From: a virus
Lineage: Duplodnaviria; Caudoviricetes
Length of the DNA: 64,000 bases
Reading direction: 5' to 3' (one strand)
IMG/VR virus record: IMGVR_UViG_3300028048_000066
Coordinates: 64,001 to 128,000 of that record
Under the pieces are notes generated by a model. That model worked only from the letters and a program-made list of their open reading frames with translations, was not told the DNA's origin and did not search any database. A program made the translations under genes and the position numbers. Shown piece after piece: positions 19,144 to 31,628 of the stretch (position 1 is the first letter of the stretch; every line of letters starts with the position of its first letter).

Positions 19144-20136
19144 ATGAAATATTTCGTAACAAGTGATGTACACAGTTTCTATACACCTTTTATAGAGGCA
19201 TTAGAGAGTTCTGGATTTGATGTAAACAACCCAGAGCATATTCTAGTAGTTAATGGTGATTTATTTGATAGAGGTGAAGAAACAATTAAGTTGCTTAACT
19301 ACATTAAAGCATTGCCAAAAGAAAGAAGGGTTTTAATTAGAGGTAACCACGAATATCTTTTAATGGATTTACTAAATAAAACATATCCAGAAAGACACGA
19401 CTGGTCTAATGGAACTGTATTTACTTGCTATCATTTATATACAAACTTATATCCAAAATCAGAATTAGCGAGAAGATACAAAGATGTGAGAGCATTAGAA
19501 AAGAATTGGATTGCATTGATGGGTTGGAAAGAAGTTCAAGCATTTAACTATGTGATGGAGATGATACTTACAGAACCAATGTGGACTAGAATGTGCAATG
19601 AAATAAAGAAGTCTGGCATTATAGAGTGGGTAAAAAGCGATGAATGGGTTGACTATTTTGAGGTTGATGATTACATTATTACACATAGTTTCATTCCAAC
19701 AGAGAAAAGAGTCTCAACATATTTTGATGATAGATATGATATAATTGAAAACTGGAGAGAATTGAAAGGAAATGCTTGGATTGATGCTACTTGGGGTTGT
19801 CCTTATAGATTGTTTGATTTGGGATTATTTAATAGAGAGATAGAAAAAGGTAAGACATTAGTTTGTGGTCATTGGCATTGTTCTGCTTTTCATTTACATT
19901 ATGAATCTAAATATAGCACACAAGATAGAAATAACTATGAAAATTGCTTAAATGAAATATACTGTGGAGATAATCTTATAGCAATAGATGGTTGTACAGT
20001 ATTAAGTGGAATAGTAAATGTGTTAGTTATAGATAATGGTAAACTCTATGACCAGCACCAACAAGAACTTACAAAAGAGTTAAGTGAATCCAGAGTACAA
20101 TTAAAGCATCCTATAATAGAAACAGTTACAGTATAA
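19144..20136 (+). CDS. Metallophosphoesterase (phage Ser/Thr phosphatase-like)
   Basis: SDVHS, GDLFDRG, RGNHE, THS, GHWH, IAIDG. Confidence 0.88.
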   Translation: MKYFVTSDVHSFYTPFIEALESSGFDVNNPEHILVVNGDLFDRGEETIKLLNYIKALPKERRVLIRGNHEYLLMDLLNKTYPERHDWSNGTVFTCYHLYTNLYPKSELARRYKDVRALEKNWIALMGWKEVQAFNYVMEMILTEPMWTRMCNEIKKSGIIEWVKSDEWVDYFEVDDYIITHSFIPTEKRVSTYFDDRYDIIENWRELKGNAWIDATWGCPYRLFDLGLFNREIEKGKTLVCGHWHCSAFHLHYESKYSTQDRNNYENCLNEIYCGDNLIAIDGCTVLSGIVNVLVIDNGKLYDQHQQELTKELSESRVQLKHPIIETVTV

Positions 20137-20277
20137 AATTTTCCCCTTTACAATCCCTTTATTATACTACTATATATCTCTATTATAGTACTAGGTAAAG
20201 TAATTTTTCCAAAAGAAAAATTACAATAAAAAGAAAAGGTAAGGGCATTAAAGAAATAAATAAAAAGTAATTAAGGA

Positions 20278-20306
20278 TTGAAATTATTTAAAAAAAGTGG
20301 TATAAT
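20278..20306 (+). promoter_or_regulatory. sigmaA-type promoter with extended -10
   Basis: TTGAAA-17 nt-TATAAT, TGn before the -10. Confidence 0.75.
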
Positions 20307-20376
20307 ATTATTAGTAACCTCAGCAACTTCAAAAGAGTTGGAAGTATAAAATAAAGTTTTAGAAGGAGAATGAAAT

Positions 20377-21473
20377 ATGTCAATTTATAGTGGCAAGTAT
20401 GATTTAGCAGACCACATTGCAGGTCAAGGTGGTTGGTTTAACAAAGAAGGTAAACCAGTAGAGTTTGGTGATAAAGATACTTATGTGTTTTGTTCAGATG
20501 AGTATAGAGACTTTTTAGCATTTAAGAAAAAGACAGGTGGAGTTATTCATCAACACATTAAAGTTGAGGTAACCCCTTGGAATTTAGATTTTATTAAAGA
20601 GCATTGTAAAGATTTTGACTATATCAAGAATGTTGAGAAAGTTCCAGACAATAGAACAAAAGAAGGTTATAGAGAAAAGACAACCTTTACTTATTACTAT
20701 TGGAAACAAGAACACAATGACTTAAAGAAATTAAACAAGCAAGGTGTATATATTACTCTTGATATTCATTTCAATACAATTTTAGATTTGATTCCATACT
20801 ATCCTTATTTAGTTGGTGTTTGTTATACTGATAATGATGGTAGACAGGTTGTTTATATTTCAAATCAAAGTTTCGTTATTAAAGAAAGAAATGAAATGTT
20901 ACGAGGTGGATTTGAAGACCTATGGGAATATTACAATAAGAAATTACAAGACCATTATAGAGAAGTTGTTTTAAGATATTTTAATCCAGAAGGTAGGGAA
21001 CATATAGAAGAATTAACCTTTGATGAAAATAGACAATCAAAAGTATCTAAACCTATTGATGAAAACTTTGATGTTGAGTGGGATACTAATAAACCACATT
21101 GGACATCACCAAAAGTAATAGATTATGATAAAGGTATTATTGAAATGTCAGAAGAAGATTATAATTACTATTTAGGTAAGACAATGAAAGTTAAATATGT
21201 AGAAAAGAAAGAACACGAGGTGCATTTATGGTAAGTAAAGACAGAATAAAATTAAGAGAAATTACTGAACAAGTTAGCGATTTTATATGGATGCTAATAG
21301 AAGTAAGTGGTGACTTGAAAGATATAGAAGATAACAATGAAGATACTGAAGAAATTAAATGTGAATTGGATAATGCAGATGAGTATTTGAATATGGCAGT
21401 AAGACATTTAAGCACTTTCTGTGAATCTATTGATAAAGCATACAATATAGTTAAGGGGCAAGAGAACAAATGA
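20377..21473 (+). other. Hypothetical genes 20377..21234 and 21228..21473
   Basis: RBS-supported, overlapping. Confidence 0.7.
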
Positions 21474-22105
21474 GAGAAATTAAGTTTAGAGGAAAAAGAA
21501 TAGATACTGGTGAGTGGGTATATGGATACCTTGTCAATAGTGGGCATCAAATAAATCCATATGAAGAGTTTTGGTGGATTGCTAAAAATCGTTATGATAT
21601 TGGAACAGTATTTAATGAAGAAAGTTGTGATGATACATTTATCTGGAATAGAGTAGAACCAGATACAATAGGTCAATATACAGGTTTAAAAGACAAGAAT
21701 GGTATAGAGATTTACGAAGGAGATATTATTAAACTTTCAGCCATTAGAAAAGATTCTCGCACAGGAAAGGTTGAATACGACATTAGTTCTTGTAGTTATA
21801 GAATTACTGGAGATAAATTTAATTATTCACTAGTTATTTCAAAAGAAGATACTGAAGTTATAGGCAACATTTACGATAATCCAGAACTTTTTGAAGATAA
21901 TAAAATGGAAGAAGATATAATTACAGAACAATTCGGAGCAAACCAAACAATTATTGACACAGATGAGGAAAAATGTGTTGGAGATGTTAGACCAGAAGAT
22001 ATTCCTTATGATGAATATATGCAGGTTGTTAGAGAGAATGAAGAACTAAAAGAAACCATTGTTAAATTAGTAAAGAAATTAAATGGATGTTTATTTTTTG
22101 ATTAA
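21470..22105 (+). CDS. YopX-family protein with an appended C-terminal module
   Basis: MREIKFRGKR...WVYG...TIGQYTGLKDKNGIEIYEGDII...EVIGNIYDNPEL; tail shared with 27673..28065. Confidence 0.9.
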   Translation: MREIKFRGKRIDTGEWVYGYLVNSGHQINPYEEFWWIAKNRYDIGTVFNEESCDDTFIWNRVEPDTIGQYTGLKDKNGIEIYEGDIIKLSAIRKDSRTGKVEYDISSCSYRITGDKFNYSLVISKEDTEVIGNIYDNPELFEDNKMEEDIITEQFGANQTIIDTDEEKCVGDVRPEDIPYDEYMQVVRENEELKETIVKLVKKLNGCLFFD

Positions 22106-22110
22106 GGAGA
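21960..22110 (+). repeat. Dispersed repeat, copy 1 (copy 2 at 27923-28072)
   Basis: 62 nt identical, then high identity through the stop and the following RBS. Confidence 0.9.
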
Positions 22111-22116
22111 ATAAAA

Positions 22117-24594
22117 ATGAAACCAATGATAATACCATATAATGAAAAAACATTCACACCAGAAGAAGTTAAAGCGGGAATGGTGATAGAATTTATAGAC
22201 TTTTTAATGAAACAAGATGCAAAGTCAAATGAAATTAAAGATAAAAAAAGAAGTTCAAATTATGGTTATACGAATATTAACATAATAAGTAGTGATGGTT
22301 ATTATGTGACTGTTCAATGGTGTGAGGTGTTATTTAATGATGATTCACCAAAGTTTGAGTTTGTAAATGAAGGTGAAACAGTCGCAACAGTATTAGAACT
22401 TCCAGATAATTCTACTATACTTTGTTGGGATGAAGATGATGCAAAAGAAACATTAGATGAATTCCTTAAAGAACATCCATATTACAAAAAGAATGAATAT
22501 GGACACTGGTATAACGAGAATGAGCAAAAAGAGTGGGAAGAATGGGTAAAGAAAAATAATCCAGAATATGCAGAAGTGTTTGATATAAAGGATGATTTAA
22601 GCAATTTACATATAGGTGACCATACAGACCATACAGAAGATGGGTATGATATAGTGGAGTGTATTGCTAATGATGAACAAGGTGAAAATTGTGATAATGA
22701 TTGTGATACTTGTAAATATAATTTAAATAAGAAAGGTGAATAATTATGAGTGATAAAAATAAAAAACAATATAAACAAGATATTAAAAGACATCAAAAAG
22801 AATTAGTTAAGATTGCAAAGTCTACATACCCTTGGGACTATTTTTATTCATTTGATTTTATCATTGAGCATCTTAAAATGATGAAAGATTATTATAATGT
22901 TGGTTATAATGTTTGGAGTATTGAAGAGGATGTGTTGGAAAGAAAAGAAATTATAGATAAATTACTTTATGAGTATGATTCTTATCTTGACTTACCAAGA
23001 ATTGAAAGAGAAAAAATTGCAAAAAAGTTGGGTGTAGAAGTAGATAAAGTAGAGGACAACTTTAATCGTATTGAAACAGAAGAAATAATCAAATTAGATG
23101 GTAAAGAAACTAAATGCACTGGTATGAAGTTTGAAGAAAAATATTATCCATATGAAGTGTGGACAAATTATATTAGAATGGTAAGCAAAACAGAAGAAAA
23201 ACACTTTGATAATTTTATAGAGTTAATGAAAAGTGGATTTAGAAAATTATGTGATTAAGGAGTATACTATGGGATGTAATTATTATTTAGAACATAAAAA
23301 CGGAGATTATTGGAATTTACCTAAGTCAGATAAACTTGGTGAAAAGGTAAACAGATTAGTAGTAAGTTCTAAAAACTATGGTTGGAGAACACAAACTTTA
23401 TACATTGATGATTTAACTGAAAAGACTTATAAATTACATATTGGTAAAAAGTCTGCTGGTTGGAGATTTTCTTTATGTATGTATCCTTTCTTAAATATTT
23501 ACACATTAGATGATTGGAAGATAAAACTAAATAAGAAAGATTCATATGTAGTTGTAGATGAATATGGGGATGAGGTTAGTGTTGAAGATTTGCTGAAAGA
23601 AATTGAAGATAAAGATGAAACATTATTAGCACACACAACAAGTTTTTATGACACAAGAGATAAAAGTGGTTTTGATGACTTCTTACCAACAATCTCAACA
23701 TATATCAACACTTCAGGTGGATATGATTTAACACCTGATTGGGATTTTTGTTAATTTAATGGTGGTATTTTTCTATGTCACTGTAGATGGAGAGGAAAGG
23801 AGAAAGAATTATGAAATTAAAAAAGTATCAAGTAGTATTTGTAGATGAGTATAACAATTGGTATCTTATTGGTTTCTTTGATAATTTATTAGATGCCGAA
23901 CCAGAAGTAAATAGTATGTTAAAAGACTATAAGATGATAGATGATGATGGTGAAGAAGTAGAGTGTCAATTTGGTAATGATACACTATTAGGACATTTAG
24001 AAGAATATCCTAGCACTTTCTCTATGTGCTTTGATAGAATTATTGAAGTAAGTGAGGGGTGTGTAGAAGTTAGAGGATTTATATTTAATGAGGTAGAAGA
24101 TGAAGATTAGAAAGTGGGAAGAATTTTATAGAATCTGCAAAGAGTATTTAGATTTAATTATAGAAGCAGCACAAGATTCCGTAGTATTAAGTAAAGATTC
24201 ACAAGATAAATTTAAGTTCTATTCAGAGTGTATTAAGAATTTGTTTGCACTTATATATGATAACTGGGACTATGTTGAATGCACACCTGATTTCTTTAAT
24301 ATTGAAACAACAAGTGAAGATAGAGAGAAGTGGAAAGATGACAATGAGGTTTGCACATTTGAAGGTATGTGGGAATTCTTTGGATATAGGATTCCAGTAT
24401 ATGTAGATGATAATGGTCAACAAATGTACATCAAGTTTGAGATGTGTGATGGAGATGTTGTAGAATTATATAATGGTGCATATAATATTTCCAGTGATGG
24501 TTGTGCCTATCAAGTATTAGAATTCATTGAGAGAGACATTATAAATCAACTCAAAATCTATATTAAAAAAGTATCTGGAATTGATTTTGATTAA
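22117..24594 (+). other. Run of hypothetical genes: 22117..22743, 22746..23258, 23269..23754, 23811..24110, 24100..24594
   Basis: RBS-supported starts (some moved from the track to the RBS-preceded ATG). Confidence 0.7.
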
Positions 24595-24610
24595 AAGTTT
24601 TAAAAAGTTC

Positions 24611-24639
24611 TTGACATTTGTGATTAAAAGTTGTATAAT
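24611..24639 (+). promoter_or_regulatory. sigmaA-type promoter
   Basis: TTGACA-17 nt-TATAAT. Confidence 0.85.
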
Positions 24640-24666
24640 ATATATAGTGAGAAAAAGGACATCAGT

Positions 24667-27600
24667 ATGAGAAAGGAAGATATTGATATTTATTTGAATA
24701 AAGATGTTTTAGTGACCACATTTAGTGAATCTTTGCTTTGTGGTCATTTAGAATATAATACAAGTGAGATGTTTAGAAACAATAATTATATGCTCACTAA
24801 TACAGGTAGTGATTATACATACTACTTTAATGAAGATGTAGTAGAGAATATAAAAGAAAAGAAAGGAGAATAAAAATGGCAAAAAAGAGTTTAGAAACAA
24901 GATTATTAGAGGATGCAAACAGTTTACTCAAAGAAGAGTATGATATTTCCAATGACAATGACAATGCAGAAGTTCTTGTTAAAGAAATGGCACTTTTGAG
25001 AAAACTCATTGAACAAGTTGTATTTATGCTTAAGAAGTATAAGAGTGGTAAATAATATAAATGACATCTCATACTGTAAAGATGTTATATTATATTAAAG
25101 GATGATGAGAAATGAAAAAGAAATTAAAACCGATGAAGGACTACAAATTAAGTGAAGTCAAAGACATTTGTATTAAACAAAAACAATCAGCACATAGTTG
25201 TGTAGGATGTATGCTAGAAGAGTATTGCGATAAATACTTTGGTTTTTCTTATTCACCATCTATGTGGGATATTGAAGAGGGTAAAAAGGATGGAATTAAC
25301 AACAAATAAATGTAATGGTTGTATATATTACACAAAAATAAATACTTACACAACATCTCCATCTACAACACGAGATGAGTTAGTTGAAAAATATGGTGAA
25401 TATTATACCTGCTCTAAACCTTATACTGTAAGGTGTCCAAGAGAAAGTGGTTGTGTTGTAGAAATACCATCTACATCAATAATCGTAAATAGATGTATTA
25501 TATGTGATAAAACTACTTCTAATGCGGAAGAAATGATTTGTGATGAATGTAAGAATGCAATAAAGAAATTAAAGGAAATGTTAGAGAATGAAAGATTATA
25601 AGTTAAGTGAAATTAAACAAATTTGTACAGACCAGGTAAGTTGCGAAATGTGTCCTATTAGTAAATTATGTGATGGTTGTTTTTATGATACGATAAGACT
25701 TCCTTGGCAGTGGGATTTAACTGAATTAGATAGAGAAGAAGAAACTTTTTATACAACATCAGCATCAACATCGGATGAACCATTAGTAGTAGAAGTAAAA
25801 ACTCCAGATGAATTTATTATCTATAATGAGAAAGGAGAATAAATATGGATATTAAACAAAAAAGAATAGCAGTTAGTTATGATGATATATTAAAGTTTAA
25901 AGCAAATGTAACAGTAGAACAAGTTACAGAAGGACTTATATCTCAACTTGCTCGTCAGTTTGACAATGCTATTTTCTATACCAGTTTTGAGTATATTAAG
26001 AATCAAATAACAAAACTAGAAAAGAAAAAACCAATTACTAAAAAAGGAAAAATAAAAAAAGAGACTGCTTTGGTAGGTTTAAACACAGCCAGATTTACAA
26101 TGGAGTACTATATTAGCGTAAACAAGGATTATTTTGAACTAATAAATAGTAACGAGAAACTTTAATAAGAATAAGTGAGGTGGAATAAATATGGATAAGA
26201 TATTATATATTTGTTTAGGTATTCTTGCTATATCAACTATTTTAATGACAATCATTGACCTTGCTATATATAAAGTTAAACTAAAAATTAAGATGGAGAA
26301 AGAAAATGATAACAATAACTAATAAAGAATTAGGTGAAGAAATTAGATATATAATTTTAGAGTTTGTAAACAAAGCAGGTGGACAAACAAAATATGTTGA
26401 AGAACTTTGTGATATATTAGATGAAAGATTGGTAGAATTAGACATATTAAAAGAAAAAGTTTTATTAGATTTCGTAAATTATTTAAACAAATCATTGAAA
26501 GGAAACATTGATGAGACAGTAAATATTATGTGGATAAGTTCACAATTAACTAATTATTTAAGGGAGAATGATTTATGATAAGTAAAGAAGCAATGAATGA
26601 ATTAGGAATAACTATAAATAAAAAATATAAATATAGAAAAATTCCAAGTAATATCCATAAAATGTATAGCACTATCTGTAGAAGATTGATAGCATTCAAT
26701 TATATAAAGAAATTAACTGATGTAAGTTTTGTAGAAACGCCTGATGGTGAATATATTATGTTGATAAACAATATGGATAGTCCAATTACAATTAAGACTA
26801 AGTTTGAATATGAATTGTTAAAAGAAGCATTTGAAGAAGAGGATAAAGAAGATGACAAATAGAGAAAATAAAAGACCATTAACTAAAACAGAAGATAAAA
26901 AACTTAAGCAATTTGAGATGGAAAAGGAAAAAATTGAGTTTTCAATTAAAAGAGCATTAGAAATAATTAGAGAAACAGATAGTGAAAACCAAATGGATGA
27001 AGCAGCATCATTTATAATGTCAAAATTACCAGAGTTTGTGAAAGTAAGTAAACAAGCAAATGTATTACAACTTAAGGTAGATAAATTTTTAAGAGAAAAA
27101 CACAATGAATGGTTAAGAAAAATAGGAGAATAAAAATGACAAATAGAGAATGGTTAAACACTTTAACAGATGAAGAATTTGCAGAATGGTGTATAGTAGA
27201 CCACTTCTACAGATTTAAGCAAATAGAGGGAACACTAGAATCTGGTGAAAAAGTTATTATTGATGTTCCAGAGCAAGAAACATTAAGAGAAATCGCATCA
27301 AGTAATACATCTTCTCTAGGTGGTGTATTAACTTGGTTAAAGAAGGAGAGATATTAAAATGACAGATAAAGAAGCGTTTGATAATATAGTATTTCAAAGA
27401 AGAGGTAGTAATATGCATCTAGGGGATATTTATAAAGATGATATTGCTCAAGTATACAATGCTCTGGAGATATTACAAATTATAAAGGAACATTTGCATA
27501 TTTATGAAAACGATGCTTTTGCTTTTGCCGATGCTTTTGCAATGTATTGGGGTGCGGGTAGTAGTGATTCTGAATATAAAAAATATAATGAAGAAGAGTA

Positions 27601-27670
27601 TAGGAAAAAAGAAAGAGTAAAAGAATGGTGGAAAGGATGGTATTATCCTAATTACAGAAAAGGAGAATAA
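24667..27670 (+). other. Array of small genes: 24667..24873, 24876..25055, 25112..25309, 25290..25601, 25588..25842, 25845..26165, 26191..26322, 26306..26578, 26575..26862, 26852..27133, 27136..27357, 27359..27670
   Basis: Tightly packed, RBS-supported; several are Cys-rich; 25112 and 25588 share MKDYKLSE(V/I)K.IC...C..C. Confidence 0.7.
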
Positions 27671-27672
27671 AA

Positions 27673-28065
27673 ATGAAGTACATTAAGAAACCAGTAGAAA
27701 TAGAAGCAATACAATACAATGGAGATAACCTACAAGAATGTATTAACTTTCTTGATTATGCCAACTATTATACAGCGTGGAATGGAGATGGCGAAAGAAC
27801 ATTATTTATTAAAACTCTTGAAGGAGATATGAAGGTATCTTTAGGTGATTATATTATCAAAGGTGTTAAAGGAGAATACTATCCTTGTAAACCTGATATT
27901 TTTGAAGAATCATATAATAATGCAGATGAGGAAAAATGTGTTGGAGATGTTAGACCAGAAGATATTCCTTATGATGAATATATGAAAATTGTTAGAGAGA
28001 ACGCTGAATTAAAAGAAACTATTATTAAATTAGTTAAAAAAATTAAATGGGTGTTTATTTTTTGA
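27673..28065 (+). CDS. Conserved phage protein (KKPV.IEA.Q...IKTLEGDM....GDYIIKGVKGE.YPCKPDIF) plus the shared C-terminal module
   Basis: Recognisable widespread phage family in the N-terminal ~80 aa; tail duplicated from the YopX gene. Confidence 0.8.
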   Translation: MKYIKKPVEIEAIQYNGDNLQECINFLDYANYYTAWNGDGERTLFIKTLEGDMKVSLGDYIIKGVKGEYYPCKPDIFEESYNNADEEKCVGDVRPEDIPYDEYMKIVRENAELKETIIKLVKKIKWVFIF

Positions 28066-28072
28066 TTAGGGA
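27923..28072 (+). repeat. Dispersed repeat, copy 2
   Basis: Matches 21960-22110, with a 1-nt indel near the 3' end. Confidence 0.9.
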
Positions 28073-28080
28073 GTTTGAAT

Positions 28081-30604
28081 ATGAAAAAGGGTAAGAAACT
28101 AATTAGGACAAATATGAATATCCATAATAATATGTTTCGTATTACTGTAAAATATGGTAAGCAAATATTTAAGTGTTTTTTTGATAGAGAAGTATTTAAC
28201 TGCTATAAAATGGTGAGAAAATAAAATAGAAACTTTAATAAGATAGATGTTTATTTTTTGATTAAGGAGAAAGAGATATGAAAATTGATAAAACAAAATT
28301 AAAAATAGGATTGTGGTATGAAGACAAAGATGGAAATGTTGTGAACTATCCAGAGGATGAAGTTACATCTGAAAGAATTAAAGAATTAGGAATAGATACT
28401 TACCACACAAGTTATCCATTAGAAATTACACATACAATAAACAAGTTTTATGATAACAAAGATACTTGCAAACACCCATTAAAATATCGTAAAAGAACAG
28501 GTGGGTGGATTAAAGGCATTAAAGGTTGTAAATGCACTAAATGTGGTAAAGAGAAAGTAGGTAAATCTTATGTACCATTTGTGTTTATGAAATGGGAAGA
28601 TGGTGCTGATAGTTTTAAATTGTTGACAGGACATACTCATCTTGGTAAGGGTAGTGAAGAGTTGATACTAGCAATGGTAAATAGTGGAGATTATACATTA
28701 AGTGAAGCAATGTGTATTCTTGGCAATTGCTGTGAAAGATGTCTAAATGTTTTGTCATATAAATATTTAGATGGAAAAGATGGGTATCCTGAATATTCAG
28801 AAGAGTGGAAGAAAACAAATACATCTTGTGAATTTTGTGAAGGAGAAGAAAATGACAAGTAAAGAAGCATTATGCGAAATATTAAAAAGAACAGATAAAA
28901 AAGAAAGCGAATACACAACTAAATGTGCAGAGATTATTGTTAGAGATTTAGAAATATTAGATATTATTAAATCACACATTATCAATAAAACTTTTATTAT
29001 GGGTAGCGATTATGATGATTATAATATAATTCAATTTGAAGTGGCTATAAAAGAATTAAAACCATATATTAAAGAAGATATAAAATGTGTGCCTATAACA
29101 GTTGCTAATAATTCTTTTACTTTGATAAAGGAATGGTTGGATAATGACAAGTAAAGAATATTTATTTAAAGTAGGAGATAAAGTAGTATTAAAAGAAAAT
29201 TTGCTTATAGTTGAAATTGTAAAACTAGGTAAGAAAAATGAATATGAAGTACTTTATCCGCATCTTAGAGAAAAAAATACCTTTTGGGTTAAAGAAAATG
29301 AATTACAAGAAAAGCCATATGATTATAATGAAAAAATATTTATGGCATATATAGAATATCGTGTTAAATATTATGATTTATTAAAAAGATTGTATAGTCC
29401 AAGTGTAAGAGATAGATATTAAGGAGAGAAAAATGGCAACTAATTTAACATTAATTAATAAAGATTTACAAGAATCAAAGAACACAATTTTTATTAAAGT
29501 TGATAAAACAGACTTCCAATCATTAGGAAGAATATTAAATGAAATAGGATGGGAAAACATATTACAAATAATTCCATCGGTTGAATTCAATACTACTTTA
29601 TATACAATTATTCACACATAGATAAATAGTAAATTAAAAATAGATAATAACATAAGGAGAAATAAAAATGTTAAGAATAGATAATTATATATTGATTGGA
29701 AAAGATGATATGCCTGATGAATTAAGAGAAAAGCAATCATTTACAATAATGATAGATGAAAATATGTTTAGAACAGCGTATTCTTTTGGTGAAGAGTGTT
29801 GTAAAGATATGTTTGGAGAAAAAATAAAAAGAGAGATAATCAAACGAGTTAATGAAGCACTTGAAAATAGTGAGTATATTAGAGATTTAATGAAGGAGGA
29901 ATAAAAATGAATAGTAAAGACAGATTACAAAAGGTGACTAACCTATTACTAGAAAACAACTTATATGATTTAAGAGTTGAAAGTTCATTAACATCTATAA
30001 GAGAAGATTTAGAAGTATTAAACATTATAAAAAAGTTCTTCTTTGTTGAAGCATATTCAAACAAAAGACTAAATGCAGACTTTTGTAAGATAACTTCAAT
30101 AGAAGATAAAGAAGCAAATATAGACAACTCTGCATTATCTTTTATTGATGGAGATTCATTAAAAATATTAAAGAAGTGGTTAAGGAGAGTAAAGAATGAC
30201 AAGTAAAGAATACGAAAACATTATAGAACAACAAAAGGAAATAATTAAACAGCAGAAATGGATAATTGATATTCTTACAACTAAAATTATTGTGGTAAAC
30301 AATGTAAAAATACCAGATGAATTGATTAAAGATACATTAGAAAACCCAATTAAGTTTAATATAGGTTAAAAAGGAGAATAAAATGAAACCAATATTAGTA
30401 GTAGTTAAAGAAAATAATAAGAAAATAGAATTAACACCTGTGGAATTAAAAAATATGCTTGATAAAGCATATGAGCAGGGGTATAATGATGGTGCTAATG
30501 AAAATCGTATAGTAATTTCAAATGCACCACATACACCAACTCCACAAGTATTTTATGATAGTTCTGGAAATCCTTATCAATATTGTGCTACACCAACAAT
30601 TTAA
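28081..30604 (+). other. Array of small genes: 28081..28224, 28278..28862 (Cys-rich), 28852..29154, 29144..29422, 29433..29621, 29668..29904, 29907..30206, 30196..30369, 30383..30604
   Basis: RBS-supported; three junctions share the identical AATGACAAGTAAAGAA overlap. Confidence 0.7.
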
Positions 30605-30626
30605 GATGAGAAAAAGTAAAAAACCA

Positions 30627-30655
30627 TTGACTTTCTTTTAAAAAAGTTGTATAAT
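30627..30655 (+). promoter_or_regulatory. sigmaA-type promoter
   Basis: TTGACT-17 nt-TATAAT. Confidence 0.8.
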
Positions 30656-30686
30656 ATTAAGTGGTAGTAAAAATAAGGAGATTTAT

Positions 30687-31490
30687 ATGGTAGGATATTT
30701 AATTTTATCGGTTTATGATGGTGGATACAATTGGACAATAAAAAGTTCATTAGGTGATTATACTGCTGATACATATGATAGCACCAAAGTTCCACCTGTA
30801 ATCAAAGATATTGTAGATGAAGTTGTATTGGGTAGAAACTATGTTCCAATCGGTAGTTCTGCAAAAGATATTTTAGAAGTATTTGGAATCTATTTTGATT
30901 TGATTATGCTTTGTGAAGATGGTGATATTAAAATTATCAAAGATGAGATGGGGGTATTCTAATGGTAGACATAGATAAAGTAAGATGTAAAATTAGAACA
31001 ATGCAGGAAATCACAAGACAAAACTATGTTGCAAAGAGAAAAGAGTTTGAAGAATATAAAGTAAATCAAGAAGATAAAGATGACTTTGTAAAGTATGTTC
31101 AAATTGGTTGTGATGCAGCAGCACTTTGTGGTGAAGTATTAGCATATGAAGAAGTGCTAAGAGAGATTAACTTATTTATATTAGGAGATATGACAGCAAA
31201 TGAACAATAAATTTATAAGATTACGCATATTAAAACTTCCTGAGATTGAAGAAGAAATAGAAGAAGAAGAATCTGTAGTAGGTTTTAGTGATAAACAAAA
31301 GAGCAAACCAAAGAAGAAAAGGAAACATAAGAAGGCAGAAGCAGAGGTCATACCAATTATTTTACCGATAGATTGCATCACAGGTGTAGCATTGGTAGAT
31401 AATAAAGTGTGGTTAGATACATTAGATAATAAAACTTTTCAATTAGTAGATGATTTCAATTACATAGCAAAAAGATTAAAAGCAAAATAA
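30687..31490 (+). other. Three small genes: 30687..30962, 30962..31210, 31200..31490
   Basis: RBS-supported operon ending in a terminator. Confidence 0.7.
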
Positions 31491-31514
31491 GATGGACCAC
31501 AAATCCATCTTTTT
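31489..31514 (+). terminator. Intrinsic terminator
   Basis: AAGATGGA/TCCATCTT stem plus T tract. Confidence 0.7.
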
Positions 31515-31553
31515 CAATTTTTGCAATTTCTTGTATACAAGGTTTAAATATAT

Positions 31554-31568
31554 TGCTAAATTAAATGA
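31554..31568 (+). promoter_or_regulatory. Putative phage late promoter
   Basis: TGCTAAATTAAATGA upstream of the 1394-aa gene; no -35/-10 nearby. Confidence 0.7.
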
Positions 31569-31628
31569 TTAAGTGAGTTATACTTAAACTCATTAAAAAC
31601 AAAGTATAAAAGGAGAATAAAAATCGTA

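Noticed and set aside
21960-28072. The duplicated block as a DGR template/variable repeat pair
   Set aside because: Differences are not confined to adenines, both copies are coding tails, and no reverse transcriptase is present.
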